Positions 10,107 to 21,784 of a stretch of 64,000 bases of DNA are shown piece by piece. The position numbers and the translations under genes were made by a program. A model generated the notes under the pieces. That model made no database searches, was not told the origin of the DNA, and saw nothing but the letters and a program-made list of their open reading frames with translations. This DNA is from TPA_inf: Saccharomyces (lineage: Eukaryota): the NCBI GenBank assembly GCA_000146045.2, contig BK006942.2, positions 96,001 to 160,000 on the forward strand, in the 5' to 3' direction. Each line of letters starts with the position of its first letter. Positions within the stretch are counted from its first letter, which is position 1.

Positions 10107-13100
10107 TTATATTCTTGGCTTTCCATTCCTGTTTATTTTCACAGCAAATGAATCAGCCAAATGAGTTTTAAATGAAACATTGGACGGTGTTCTAGATAAG
10201 CTCCTGTTCAGTATGACTGAGACCTTTTTGTCATACAACTGTGGAGCAGACTCAAAGGAAAAAGTTTGATCTGTGCGAGTGGTTTCAATCGAATCAGAAC
10301 GTCCATGTGGAATTCCCATCCCCATTTTAGAGGAGATATTTGGCACATTTGTGTCCTTTGTGAAAAAACTATCAAGATTATCTAGCTCTGCCCACATGTG
10401 ACTTAACGAAGCATCCTTTTCTTCCGCAACAGAAATGGAATCGTTTGTGTCCATTCTACCAAGGTCATAATCACCGTCCGCATGAAACTCGACAATTGTA
10501 TCCATTCTGCCGAGTTCATAGTCACCATCCGCATGAAATTCGATAACTGCATCCATATCATCCGATCCGTGAGCAGATACTTCATCTGATTTGCCTGTAC
10601 CACATGTCATAAAAACTGCGTGAACGTTGTGCCTTGTCGTAGCCGCCGTCATTGTTGGCATAGGAACAGACCAACCGCTATCTTCAGGCAAACCAAACAA
10701 GGTAGTGGTAGCATTATCGCCGTCTTTCACATCCTTATTTCCCATGGTTATCCTTAAAACATCCTTATCCATTTTACTTCCAGAAACATTTGGTACGCAA
10801 TCTAAAACTTCCAAGGCCTTTGCTTCGTATTCAGTAAATAGTAACCTGAGTAACGGAGAAATCAAATCAGCACCGACACCAATAAATTCTGGCCTTCTTA
10901 AGTCAATTAAAGGAAAAACATATTTTAAAATTTCCAGAGTTTGAACTCTGATCCATCCTATTTTATTGAACAGAAGACCCAGAAGGAACACTAACGTTTG
11001 AGCGGAGTACGAGGGGAAGTAGTTTCTAGATATGAAACTCACTACTTGGCTCATGAAATCTTTCTTTGATCTAAACTTGTTCTTTGCTAGAGAATCTATC
11101 AAACGGGAAAGAGAAGGTTGTTTGTACGCATTTGCAAGTTCAATTAACGAATCTGCAGCAACCTGAATGCCCGTAAAATCTTTGCGATCCATTGCATTCA
11201 AAAATCTCGGAAGGTTTGCTATTAATGCGAAAAGCAGCCTAGACTCTGTATTTGCTATAATTCGGCTATCTTTCAACAAATTTAACTTATCCAAAAATTT
11301 CCACGTAATCTCTAAGGAATTCGCTGATCGCAATCCAGTCATAACTATTTGTTGCAAGCCATCAAAGCGACCTTCCCAATTGGAAGGAAAGATCGCAACC
11401 AAACACTGTACGGTATCAGGAGAATCCAAATCGATCTTGGAAATGAATTTACTTAAACATGACAGCACTTCAATGAATTCTTGTTCGTGAATGCTGCTCA
11501 AACATGCTGTAATGGACCAAAATAACTGCGGGAAACTGATCAAATTCGTCGGATCAAGTTCGGCCATGATTGCATTCAAAGTCATCAAGATCTGCATGGC
11601 AAATCCTTGTATATCGACATTTCCATCCGATATAGTGTTCGAAAGTCTATGAAGCATATCACGCAACATTTCCTGATCTAAAAATGTCAATAATGATCTA
11701 AATATTTGAAATGACCTGCACGCTATGTGCCTAACTGAGCAAGTGGTAGCCCACTTCAAGGCAATTCTTTGCCAAGTTACTTGAAATTCATCTAAGTCCG
11801 AGAATATAGAGATTATGTTCCTAATTAATAGGTCCATAGTTTTTGGTGATCTTGCACCTTTTTTCATCAAGTTATCATATGACCATAAGGCATGCTTATT
11901 TCTTAGTAGTTTCACGGTTTCCTCAGACTTTTCGTGACTTGGTGCCAATCCAAATATTAATGTAGATGCAATTTTACACGCGCTTTCGTGAATAAGCGGC
12001 ACATAATGGTCAAGCAAGCAAATGGACATATGTAGTAGAAGAGGAATTTTCGCCTTTACAGATTCACTCAAGTTCGTTAACAAATTGACTAAAAAGATAA
12101 TCGAAAGCTGCGCCTTCGAAAAAATGATTCTTTTCCCATTGTAATTTAGTCGTTCCCAGATATTCCCTAAAAAGGAATACTTATTATTATTCATTGGCTC
12201 ATTAAACGTATGTTTCGCTAAAGGAACCATGTATTTCGGTTCTAAATTATTCAATAGAGTGTCAAGTAGTCCAATGCCACCAGGAATATTTGCCAAATAC
12301 AATACAATATCTCTAGCATACTGAACAAACAATGGATTGCAGTGATTCATTGAAGAATTTATGATGTACTCCAGCGATACGTGTATATTTTGGAAAGAAT
12401 TACCCTTGCCAAGAGAAATCCATAGCTGCTCTACTTCGTTCGGTAAAGAGTCGTTAAGATCAATAGTGATGTAAAATAGGTTATTCAATACCATAAACGT
12501 GTCCAACTCTTCTAAAGATTTCAATGTAAATTTGTTTACCCAAGGTACCATAAGCACCAACAAATCTCTTTTTATTTCGAAAGGAAACAAATCAAGTATT
12601 CTAACCAAACTGGAAAATATTCTCAAACACAAATCCTGAGAGAGCAGTTCGGCAAATATGCTAGAAATTTCTTTTGCAGTTGATTTGTAAACCGTCTTTG
12701 AAGAATTTGCAAGTCTCTCCTTAAATACCTTGGTATAAGAAGAATTATGTAATTTCGTTTCAACAGCTGAAAGTAGATCAACAGCAAATGTCCTTGTATC
12801 TTCCTTATCTGCCACTAAACCATACAAACCCAAGGAGACTAATTCATCTTCATCTAAAACCAAATTATCCAATTTCAAAACGGATTTACAAAGTGTAGTG
12901 TAATATAAAACAGCTACCGAAGGATGTGAGTGGTGTGAAACACATTGGAAAGCAACATCTCTAAATAGTTTAAAATTTTCCCTATTTTTGTCCAGGAGAT
13001 TCTCCAAAGCACGCACACCAAGATTTTTTACAGTAGTATTGTCCGAGTCAAATAGTGCTTCAATCCAAGCAAGTAAATCTTCAGTATCGAATGAAATCAC

Positions 13101-16100
13101 AATAGGCAACTCTAAATCATCGTCCAATGTTTGGGTTATTGGATCTGAACATAAAACAACCATAGTCTCTAGCACGATCATCTGCAATCTGTTTTTTTGG
13201 AATTCTATTCCAGTTGTAATAGCGGTTCTATCTCTGCCACTCTCTGTATTTTTTATCATTATGGCATATCTTTCTTCAGATATTGGCTCGTACTCACCAT
13301 AACCACACCATTCCTTCAAGAAATTGAAACATGATGCGCGTGCTTGGAAGGGAAATAATTCATCTATTAGCGGATGCTCTCTTACTGCCATATAGTAGCT
13401 CAATATAAGACCTGCAAAGTAGCTTCGCAGCGATTGATATTCGTAGGAGATTTGCACAGAATCCTTCTCGAGGAACTGTTTTGTCTTCTGCAAAAACTCT
13501 GATAATTTCCGAAGTATCCATTCGTCATTAAATATCATATCCGATTTTAAGTACGGCGATAAAATCGTCAAAATATGAAACATCTCCACTCTGATTTGGT
13601 TGTTGGAGCTCCCTTCTTTCCATGCCACTAAAAATACATCAATTGCCTCCACATATGCTTTAAAAATGTTGATATTCATTGAGCTTAGCCCCGTTATTAT
13701 AGCATCCCTAATCATAATATACTTTGCATTTAATAAGGGAAGAACCATCTTGAAGATTGATTTCGCAGATTTGATTTTTTGGTGCTGAACAGTAAAGATT
13801 TGTTGACTTTTTTTCCTGCCATGCTGAGGAATATTGGACGGAATATGCAGTTTTTGGTCAAACGTGGAAGTTAATGAAGTACATGCGGCAATCAAATATA
13901 GCTTCCATTGGTTTACTATTGTTTCCGGTAAAACATTTTTGAGTTTGAAATCAACATCATTTGCTACCCGCAGAATTATTTCGTGTACTTGCACAAGTCT
14001 TATACAAACGATAGATCGACACAATGCCATCGCCATAGGACAAGTTTTGAAAACCAACGCCAGTAATTTAGGAAAAGCCCTTTGCCATAGTGCAGCATCT
14101 ACTCCGTACTCTGATTCGGCCAGTTTGATAAGTAGACCTCTTTTATATTTAGAATTCAGTCGACTGAATCTCGTTTTTTCAACCGCACTTAATGTTGCTT
14201 TATGTGGATTAATTAAGGTAGTGGTATTACACTCATTTAATAAATCAATAAGTCTTGTTCCGCGATCAGCTGCAAAATGGGATGATGATCTAGAATGCCC
14301 GTTTGACAATTTCTCTGTTTTCTCCATCATCGCTTCGTCAAACTTGAAAATAATTCTCAATATCTGGATGCCCAATCTACGAATTTTTGCATCGTGTGAA
14401 CAAAGAAAAAATAAGCCATTCCCTTCTACTTCTTCAATAACTGTAACTGTATTTTTCCACTCCAGTTTTTCGGTTTCGTTACTCTCCTCTTGTTCTGCAT
14501 CGATCGGCAACAAGCGAATTCCATCCAAACCAGTTTCTTTTTTATTTTCCTCTTTATTGGACGATTGGAATTCTTCTAACCAGCATTCCAAAAGCTCAAC
14601 ATAAAGTATCAATAATCTGTTGTACTCCTTTGATGACAAGTACGACATGTTATAACTTGATTGTGTCTTTTCATCGAAATCAAATGAATATTTAGCAAAC
14701 CATGTGATTAGGGTGTATGGATTCTTCTTAGATGCTAATGCTCTTAGTGCATTTTGACTGCTAGAAGAAATAATTACCTCCGAATGAACAGCGTTCCTTG
14801 ATAAAATCTCAATTGTAGATTTATATGGGATAGTGCGTGAAATAGAAAGGCAACATGGTATAGCTTCAATGATGGTGCCGAACAATATAACATAAAGCGA
14901 CTTATTTTTACTTGAGTCATTGTCATTAGAAAAGCTAAAGCCAAATGGGCTGAATGCGTTTGATGATTGCTTTTGGTGCTGATTTTCAGGAGACCAAACT
15001 TCAGAACCGATGCTAGAATCCAATAAAAGGAATAATTTATAAAAGTAATCTGATATTTCTGTATGGTTTATGGAAGAGGCTTCTTGAACCTGATTCACTG
15101 TAATATTGTTTAAATTTAGTTCATAAAGCCTGTTATCATCCTCAGGAAACCTTGGCCTCTCTTTTGTAACCAGCAATCCTTTGTATGTATTTATAGTCAA
15201 AATCAGTTTTTCGTAATTGATATTTTCCAGGTTAGAGCCATTGAAAGATTGCCGTATCAATGGAATTAAAGCTTGTTCCATTAAAAAATTCGGATGTAAA
15301 AATCCAATTGATATTAACGCGTCTGTCAATGGGTTCAAGAGACCAAAATCGCCGGTTATCCAATTCTCTTTTTTCCTTGTGTTTAGATATAGTTGTAAAA
15401 GCTTGGTAAGCGTCCTTGTAGTATTATTTAAAGTTTCTGGGCATCTATATAAATAGACCCAAACTAATCTGGATAAACCAACTGCAAAGATAATCCTTTC
15501 ATTCAGACTTTTGGACTTAACTTTTGAGGCATTTGCCTCCAACAACGATAGCCATTGTTTAGAAAATAGGTCTGGTGGTGATGCACACAAAATAGAAACT
15601 GTTAATTTGAAACCACTTACCCAATACTTACTATCAGCTTGTAGCCTCTTGGCAGTGTTCAGTAAAGTAGACATTGCCTCTACCCACGTTGGATGATTAA
15701 CTTCTGCCGTCAACGAGCCAGCCAAAGGCAACAATAGCTGGTTAGTGACTTCAGCATACGCCAAACAAACCGGAAAATTTTCAGTCTTTGCGAAGAACTT
15801 TGATAAACTTTTCATGAAATCTGCACTTTCTTCAAATTTCTCCAACGGATAATTTCTTAACTTCAAATATCTCATACCAAGAATCAACAAATGAGTACTT
15901 GGCTCTAACTCGGGAGGTATATACGCCGGGATTTTTTCTAGATCAGCTATAAATCGATCACTAACTGACAAAAATTTCTTTTCAGACATAGAGCCCAGTA
16001 GTTCGGCAAAAGAATTCCAATTCGAAGACTTAATTAAACTAGTTGATATAGAAAGTGGATCAGTAGTTTTTAACTGAGTAAAAACAATCTCTTCTAGCTT

Positions 16101-17237
16101 ATCAGATAAATCTTCTTCTTCATTGCTGGAAGCCTGCTTAACAATTTCATTTAGCACCCTGCATAGGATGTATATACTAATCAGAGATTTCCTATCTGCA
16201 AGGAATGCTTCTTCTTTTGCTACTTCAATTGTGTTCTCTAAACTTTTCAATTGTGAGTTCGCTATGGATGGACTTGAAGTAGCGCTATTGTTACTGCTAC
16301 TAGCTTTGATTAACGGAACTTTGTTGTTGAAAGATGAGGAAACGTGCCTTTTCATGCCAGGAAGATTATTGGTATTGTTATTATGTTTGTACTTTGAGGT
16401 TGTATTACTGGAAGATCTTGATAGCCGCCTATTCATTAAAAAATGAGCCTGCGAGGGATGTGCCTTTTCAAACTCATACTCTTTTAATAGTTTTTCCATT
16501 TCTTCTGAAGCAGAGTTGGCCGCTTCAGATTTAGTCTTCCTCCAAAACATCATTGCATCAATCACAGGTTTCGGTTTTTTCTTTGCAATGTGACCTAGAG
16601 ATTTAATAATTTCATCAAAGCTGGGATCAACGCCTTCACCAAGAATTTCTACAATTGGGGGTTCCGCCATGTCCAACTGCTGTAGACACATATTTAGTTT
16701 GTTCTCCGCGTAACGAATAAACTTTGTAAAAAGTATATGAAGAGCATATTCAGAGGGACTTTTCCAATCTGTAGCCATTTGCTGTCTCAAAGTAGTCACG
16801 TAGTCCTCTGCTACTGATTTTGCTGTAATGTCCGGCGGTGCTGATTCTTGCATTCTTTGCTGCTTTTGTTCAGGTAGTAGCATTGAAATCTTGTTTTGAT
16901 CACTTTGCTCCTCAACAAAGGTAGGCGGAAGAGCTTGACCTTCCCCCGTTCCTTGTTGCTGTTGTTGCCGTAAAAGTAATTGATTATTTAGAGAGGTGCC
17001 TTCAGACATATCAGTAGGAGATGGAATATCAATAATAGGTGCATCCGTAACGGATTGGTGAAGAGGAAATGTGTTAAGTGGCGCTTCGTTTATTTCCTCC
17101 AAGACATCCTGGCCTGAAGGATCAATATCTATTGATATCTGGTTATTGTTGCTAGAACCTTCTGCTTTATTTGTCGGTGGGAAGGTGAAACCAATGCCTT
17201 GATCCCTCTGGGGCGGGAAAGTAAATCTCGAGGCCAT
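10107..17237 (-). CDS. TAO3: RAM-network scaffold Tao3/Pag1 (furry homologue), 2376 aa
   Basis: Single uninterrupted 7.1-kb ORF. The first ATG is at 17237 (MASRFTFPPQ...); the track's extra 5 residues come from a TTG start at 17252. Length and position match YIL129C. Confidence 0.93.
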   Translation of the reverse strand: MASRFTFPPQRDQGIGFTFPPTNKAEGSSNNNQISIDIDPSGQDVLEEINEAPLNTFPLHQSVTDAPIIDIPSPTDMSEGTSLNNQLLLRQQQQQGTGEGQALPPTFVEEQSDQNKISMLLPEQKQQRMQESAPPDITAKSVAEDYVTTLRQQMATDWKSPSEYALHILFTKFIRYAENKLNMCLQQLDMAEPPIVEILGEGVDPSFDEIIKSLGHIAKKKPKPVIDAMMFWRKTKSEAANSASEEMEKLLKEYEFEKAHPSQAHFLMNRRLSRSSSNTTSKYKHNNNTNNLPGMKRHVSSSFNNKVPLIKASSSNNSATSSPSIANSQLKSLENTIEVAKEEAFLADRKSLISIYILCRVLNEIVKQASSNEEEDLSDKLEEIVFTQLKTTDPLSISTSLIKSSNWNSFAELLGSMSEKKFLSVSDRFIADLEKIPAYIPPELEPSTHLLILGMRYLKLRNYPLEKFEESADFMKSLSKFFAKTENFPVCLAYAEVTNQLLLPLAGSLTAEVNHPTWVEAMSTLLNTAKRLQADSKYWVSGFKLTVSILCASPPDLFSKQWLSLLEANASKVKSKSLNERIIFAVGLSRLVWVYLYRCPETLNNTTRTLTKLLQLYLNTRKKENWITGDFGLLNPLTDALISIGFLHPNFLMEQALIPLIRQSFNGSNLENINYEKLILTINTYKGLLVTKERPRFPEDDNRLYELNLNNITVNQVQEASSINHTEISDYFYKLFLLLDSSIGSEVWSPENQHQKQSSNAFSPFGFSFSNDNDSSKNKSLYVILFGTIIEAIPCCLSISRTIPYKSTIEILSRNAVHSEVIISSSSQNALRALASKKNPYTLITWFAKYSFDFDEKTQSSYNMSYLSSKEYNRLLILYVELLECWLEEFQSSNKEENKKETGLDGIRLLPIDAEQEESNETEKLEWKNTVTVIEEVEGNGLFFLCSHDAKIRRLGIQILRIIFKFDEAMMEKTEKLSNGHSRSSSHFAADRGTRLIDLLNECNTTTLINPHKATLSAVEKTRFSRLNSKYKRGLLIKLAESEYGVDAALWQRAFPKLLALVFKTCPMAMALCRSIVCIRLVQVHEIILRVANDVDFKLKNVLPETIVNQWKLYLIAACTSLTSTFDQKLHIPSNIPQHGRKKSQQIFTVQHQKIKSAKSIFKMVLPLLNAKYIMIRDAIITGLSSMNINIFKAYVEAIDVFLVAWKEGSSNNQIRVEMFHILTILSPYLKSDMIFNDEWILRKLSEFLQKTKQFLEKDSVQISYEYQSLRSYFAGLILSYYMAVREHPLIDELFPFQARASCFNFLKEWCGYGEYEPISEERYAIMIKNTESGRDRTAITTGIEFQKNRLQMIVLETMVVLCSDPITQTLDDDLELPIVISFDTEDLLAWIEALFDSDNTTVKNLGVRALENLLDKNRENFKLFRDVAFQCVSHHSHPSVAVLYYTTLCKSVLKLDNLVLDEDELVSLGLYGLVADKEDTRTFAVDLLSAVETKLHNSSYTKVFKERLANSSKTVYKSTAKEISSIFAELLSQDLCLRIFSSLVRILDLFPFEIKRDLLVLMVPWVNKFTLKSLEELDTFMVLNNLFYITIDLNDSLPNEVEQLWISLGKGNSFQNIHVSLEYIINSSMNHCNPLFVQYARDIVLYLANIPGGIGLLDTLLNNLEPKYMVPLAKHTFNEPMNNNKYSFLGNIWERLNYNGKRIIFSKAQLSIIFLVNLLTNLSESVKAKIPLLLHMSICLLDHYVPLIHESACKIASTLIFGLAPSHEKSEETVKLLRNKHALWSYDNLMKKGARSPKTMDLLIRNIISIFSDLDEFQVTWQRIALKWATTCSVRHIACRSFQIFRSLLTFLDQEMLRDMLHRLSNTISDGNVDIQGFAMQILMTLNAIMAELDPTNLISFPQLFWSITACLSSIHEQEFIEVLSCLSKFISKIDLDSPDTVQCLVAIFPSNWEGRFDGLQQIVMTGLRSANSLEITWKFLDKLNLLKDSRIIANTESRLLFALIANLPRFLNAMDRKDFTGIQVAADSLIELANAYKQPSLSRLIDSLAKNKFRSKKDFMSQVVSFISRNYFPSYSAQTLVFLLGLLFNKIGWIRVQTLEILKYVFPLIDLRRPEFIGVGADLISPLLRLLFTEYEAKALEVLDCVPNVSGSKMDKDVLRITMGNKDVKDGDNATTTLFGLPEDSGWSVPMPTMTAATTRHNVHAVFMTCGTGKSDEVSAHGSDDMDAVIEFHADGDYELGRMDTIVEFHADGDYDLGRMDTNDSISVAEEKDASLSHMWAELDNLDSFFTKDTNVPNISSKMGMGIPHGRSDSIETTRTDQTFSFESAPQLYDKKVSVILNRSLSRTPSNVSFKTHLADSFAVKINRNGKPRI

Positions 17238-17805
17238 TTTGATGTATAACAAAACTAAAAAGGGTTATTAAAATGGGAACACAACAAACAACCAGAATTT
17301 TCACACTTTAACCAGTCACGTCCTATTATGAAGACCTAAATCCACATTTGCTTTCTCTCTTCATTTGCCTAATCCTTTATCCCAATTTCTACAGTTCTAT
17401 ATGTATTTTCCTGTGTGGCTGTCGTTTCGTGGTTAGTGATACAACCATAACGATTCAACCAACTCCCAATGTATGTGATGTTGATACCGCTAATTTGGAA
17501 GGGATGGTATACTCTAGGTGACCTCAATGAGTCAAAGAGAGCTAGGACATACTTCGAGATAGGTAATACCACTTTGCAGCTTCTTTTTAGGCCTTCATGA
17601 GTGAGTAGCCAAGAAAAAGTTAAAAGCGGGTAATAGGTATGAATTTTTCAAATACTGAAATTTGGTTTAGTTATTTAAGTGAATTGTAGATTATGTACAT
17701 TTTACGTGCAATGAAGGAGTCACCTCTATGATCATCTAGTTATTAGCTGTTAGTTTTCATTGAACTTGTTTTAACTGGGAAAAAGCGGAACAATTGGGCC
17801 TTACA

Positions 17806-20800
17806 ATGACACCAGACGAACTAAATTCAGCAGTCGTCACCTTTATGGCCAATCTGAATATTGATGATTCGAAGGCCAACGAAACCGCTTCCACAGTAAC
17901 GGATTCTATTGTACACCGATCAATAAAATTGCTGGAAGTTGTCGTTGCGTTGAAAGATTATTTTCTTTCAGAAAATGAGGTAGAAAGGAAGAAAGCGTTG
18001 ACATGTTTAACCACTATCTTAGCAAAAACTCCCAAGGACCACCTCTCCAAAAACGAATGCTCAGTAATATTTCAGTTTTACCAGTCTAAGCTTGATGATC
18101 AAGCGCTTGCAAAAGAAGTCTTGGAGGGCTTCGCCGCATTAGCTCCAATGAAATATGTCTCCATTAACGAGATAGCCCAACTTTTGAGATTATTATTGGA
18201 CAACTATCAACAAGGCCAGCATTTGGCATCAACTAGACTGTGGCCATTTAAAATTTTGAGAAAAATATTTGATAGATTTTTCGTCAATGGATCCTCGACC
18301 GAACAAGTCAAACGAATCAACGATTTGTTTATTGAAACATTTCTTCATGTTGCCAATGGTGAAAAAGACCCTAGAAATTTACTCTTGTCATTTGCACTTA
18401 ATAAATCTATCACATCGTCCTTGCAAAACGTGGAGAATTTTAAAGAAGACTTATTTGATGTCTTATTTTGCTATTTCCCAATCACTTTCAAGCCACCAAA
18501 GCATGATCCTTACAAGATCTCCAACCAAGATTTAAAAACAGCTTTGCGATCAGCAATTACTGCGACGCCATTATTTGCCGAAGATGCTTATAGCAATTTG
18601 CTGGACAAACTCACTGCTTCTTCACCGGTAGTGAAAAATGATACACTTCTGACGCTATTAGAATGCGTTAGAAAATTCGGCGGCTCTTCTATATTGGAAA
18701 ATTGGACGTTACTTTGGAACGCTTTGAAATTTGAAATTATGCAAAACAGCGAAGGAAATGAAAACACTCTACTAAATCCGTACAATAAAGACCAACAGAG
18801 TGATGATGTGGGCCAATATACTAACTACGATGCTTGCTTGAAAATTATTAATCTAATGGCATTGCAACTATACAATTTTGACAAAGTATCATTTGAAAAG
18901 TTCTTCACTCATGTATTAGATGAGTTGAAACCAAATTTTAAATATGAAAAGGATTTGAAGCAAACCTGCCAGATTTTGTCCGCTATAGGTAGTGGGAATG
19001 TCGAGATATTTAACAAGGTCATTTCGTCAACTTTCCCCTTATTTTTGATCAATACATCTGAAGTTGCCAAACTTAAGCTGCTGATTATGAATTTTTCTTT
19101 TTTTGTTGACTCGTACATTGATTTGTTTGGAAGAACATCTAAAGAATCGTTGGGAACACCGGTGCCAAATAATAAAATGGCTGAATACAAAGACGAGATC
19201 ATAATGATTTTGAGCATGGCCTTGACAAGAAGCTCCAAGGCAGAGGTTACCATAAGGACTCTATCTGTGATTCAATTCACAAAAATGATTAAAATGAAGG
19301 GCTTTTTAACCCCAGAGGAAGTTTCACTAATTATTCAATACTTCACGGAAGAAATATTAACGGATAACAACAAAAACATTTACTATGCTTGTTTGGAAGG
19401 GTTAAAGACAATCAGTGAGATATATGAGGATTTAGTTTTTGAAATATCATTGAAGAAATTATTGGATTTGTTACCTGATTGCTTCGAGGAAAAAATTCGA
19501 GTAAATGATGAGGAAAATATTCACATTGAAACAATTTTGAAGATTATTCTTGATTTCACCACTTCGAGACATATTTTGGTCAAAGAAAGCATTACATTTT
19601 TAGCGACAAAATTGAATAGGGTAGCTAAAATTTCGAAATCCAGAGAATATTGCTTTCTACTTATTTCAACCATATATTCTCTTTTTAATAATAATAATCA
19701 AAATGAGAACGTGCTAAATGAAGAAGATGCTCTTGCACTCAAGAATGCCATTGAGCCAAAATTATTTGAGATAATTACTCAGGAATCGGCCATTGTAAGT
19801 GACAATTACAATTTGACACTTCTATCTAACGTTCTTTTCTTCACCAATTTGAAAATTCCACAGGCTGCACACCAAGAAGAACTAGACAGATATAACGAGC
19901 TTTTCATTTCTGAAGGTAAGATAAGAATCTTAGACACACCGAATGTATTGGCTATTTCATATGCTAAAATATTATCCGCACTAAATAAAAACTGCCAATT
20001 CCCCCAAAAATTTACAGTGCTTTTCGGAACGGTTCAACTACTCAAAAAACATGCTCCAAGAATGACGGAGACTGAAAAATTAGGATACCTGGAATTGCTG
20101 TTGGTCTTATCAAATAAATTCGTCTCTGAAAAAGATGTGATAGGATTATTCGATTGGAAAGACTTATCAGTAATTAATCTTGAAGTGATGGTTTGGTTGA
20201 CTAAAGGGCTGATAATGCAAAACTCATTAGAGTCATCAGAAATTGCAAAAAAGTTTATTGATTTACTGTCTAATGAAGAGATTGGCTCACTTGTATCGAA
20301 GCTATTCGAAGTTTTTGTCATGGATATCAGTTCTTTGAAGAAATTTAAAGGTATCAGTTGGAATAATAACGTTAAAATCTTGTACAAACAAAAATTCTTC
20401 GGTGACATTTTTCAAACACTAGTCAGCAACTATAAAAATACCGTGGACATGACCATTAAATGCAATTATTTAACTGCATTATCCTTAGTGTTGAAGCATA
20501 CTCCAAGCCAATCGGTTGGTCCTTTTATCAACGATTTATTCCCGCTTTTATTGCAGGCTTTGGATATGCCTGATCCTGAAGTAAGGGTATCCGCTTTAGA
20601 AACTCTGAAGGACACTACGGATAAACATCACACTTTAATTACTGAACACGTAAGCACAATAGTTCCATTATTACTATCTCTTTCGCTTCCGCACAAATAT
20701 AATAGTGTCAGTGTCAGGTTAATAGCCTTACAGCTTCTAGAAATGATTACGACTGTAGTACCTCTAAACTATTGTTTGAGCTATCAGGACGATGTTCTAA

Positions 20801-20904
20801 GCGCTTTAATACCAGTTTTATCTGACAAAAAAAGAATAATAAGAAAGCAATGCGTTGACACAAGACAGGTTTATTATGAATTAGGCCAAATCCCGTTCGA
20901 GTAA
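17806..20904 (+). CDS. MET18: MMS19-family cytosolic Fe-S assembly targeting factor Met18, 1032 aa
   Basis: HEAT-repeat protein. First ATG at 17806 (MTPDELNSAVV...); the track start at 17794 is a TTG. Length matches YIL128W. Confidence 0.92.
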   Translation: MTPDELNSAVVTFMANLNIDDSKANETASTVTDSIVHRSIKLLEVVVALKDYFLSENEVERKKALTCLTTILAKTPKDHLSKNECSVIFQFYQSKLDDQALAKEVLEGFAALAPMKYVSINEIAQLLRLLLDNYQQGQHLASTRLWPFKILRKIFDRFFVNGSSTEQVKRINDLFIETFLHVANGEKDPRNLLLSFALNKSITSSLQNVENFKEDLFDVLFCYFPITFKPPKHDPYKISNQDLKTALRSAITATPLFAEDAYSNLLDKLTASSPVVKNDTLLTLLECVRKFGGSSILENWTLLWNALKFEIMQNSEGNENTLLNPYNKDQQSDDVGQYTNYDACLKIINLMALQLYNFDKVSFEKFFTHVLDELKPNFKYEKDLKQTCQILSAIGSGNVEIFNKVISSTFPLFLINTSEVAKLKLLIMNFSFFVDSYIDLFGRTSKESLGTPVPNNKMAEYKDEIIMILSMALTRSSKAEVTIRTLSVIQFTKMIKMKGFLTPEEVSLIIQYFTEEILTDNNKNIYYACLEGLKTISEIYEDLVFEISLKKLLDLLPDCFEEKIRVNDEENIHIETILKIILDFTTSRHILVKESITFLATKLNRVAKISKSREYCFLLISTIYSLFNNNNQNENVLNEEDALALKNAIEPKLFEIITQESAIVSDNYNLTLLSNVLFFTNLKIPQAAHQEELDRYNELFISEGKIRILDTPNVLAISYAKILSALNKNCQFPQKFTVLFGTVQLLKKHAPRMTETEKLGYLELLLVLSNKFVSEKDVIGLFDWKDLSVINLEVMVWLTKGLIMQNSLESSEIAKKFIDLLSNEEIGSLVSKLFEVFVMDISSLKKFKGISWNNNVKILYKQKFFGDIFQTLVSNYKNTVDMTIKCNYLTALSLVLKHTPSQSVGPFINDLFPLLLQALDMPDPEVRVSALETLKDTTDKHHTLITEHVSTIVPLLLSLSLPHKYNSVSVRLIALQLLEMITTVVPLNYCLSYQDDVLSALIPVLSDKKRIIRKQCVDTRQVYYELGQIPFE

Positions 20905-21023
20905 ACGCTTGTATTTAATAATTTGTTCACATTGATGAGCACGTGAAAATCTTAGCGAGTATACTAAGTAAATATGATTCTTTTATGTATAGTACAGCAA
21001 AATAGCATTTATTTTTATTACGT

Positions 21024-21644
21024 TTAATCTTCTTCACTAGAGTCTTCCTCGTCGCTTAGTCCTACAGGTGCCAAACCCGGTGTCAGACCAGGATATCTAT
21101 GATCTTTAACAAAATCGCTCTCTTTGATATCTTCCTTGAATTGTTTTCTTTTGAACCTTCTTCTTTTACTCCTGTCTGTGTTCGCAGTGGAAACTGTATC
21201 CTTCAAGATGGATTGCTGAATGTCTTCAAGCTCATCTCGTACTTCCTCTTCTAAATCCCACGACCTCAAATTTTGAGAATTCCTTTTGATTAACTTATTC
21301 AAATACTTCCTCTCATGGTCCGTTAATGTGCCCTCATGTTGATGTTTTTTCAAAACCTGGTGTTTTGCCAGTTGTTCAAGTTGCTCTTTATCTAATTTAT
21401 GTTTCTTAACTTTTTTTTTTTTGACCAGTTTGCATTTTTTTTTAATTTTGTGAACGTCTCTGTTTTGTAACTGTACTCTCTTTTTCAAGTTCCTGTCGAT
21501 TAACTGAGCTTTTGACCCATTGTTTACACTTGTTTTGCCATTATTAGCTCTGATTTTGGGAACGCCAGGCAAAAGGTTTGATAGCAGTCCATTAACAACC
21601 GAGGTGGCCTGGTATTTAGATGTTTGGCTCAGCGAAGATGACAT
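21024..21644 (-). CDS. RRT14: Lys/Arg-rich nucleolar protein Rrt14, 206 aa
   Basis: 206-aa basic ORF, divergent from STH1; matches YIL127C. Confidence 0.88.
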   Translation of the reverse strand: MSSSLSQTSKYQATSVVNGLLSNLLPGVPKIRANNGKTSVNNGSKAQLIDRNLKKRVQLQNRDVHKIKKKCKLVKKKKVKKHKLDKEQLEQLAKHQVLKKHQHEGTLTDHERKYLNKLIKRNSQNLRSWDLEEEVRDELEDIQQSILKDTVSTANTDRSKRRRFKRKQFKEDIKESDFVKDHRYPGLTPGLAPVGLSDEEDSSEED

Positions 21645-21784
21645 TTTGGCCTAGCTAGCTCCCTCCTTAAGTTGTTCGTATTCTAAACAACTTTTCCACA
21701 AAACAATATTTCCACAGTTGCCAGCTATATTTCCATATTCCTTAGTTAAAGCTCATCGCAAAATTTTTCAAAGAGCATTAGGGT

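Noticed and set aside
10403-16534. About ten track ORFs of 60-256 aa inside TAO3 (for example 13834..14604 +, 12988..13302 +, 16123..16446 +).
   Set aside because: All are nested in, and mostly antisense to, a continuous 2376-aa ORF with a clear sense-frame signal. They are low-complexity with no start context; chance ORFs in AT-rich coding DNA.
17237-17252. N-terminal extensions in the ORF track for TAO3 (MLYIK-), MET18 (MGLT-), AYR1 (26 extra aa), QDR2 (17 extra aa) and the M at COX5B 59310.
   Set aside because: The track allows TTG/GTG initiators. In each case the first in-frame ATG reproduces the known protein length (2376, 1032, 297, 542 aa), so the ATG starts were used.
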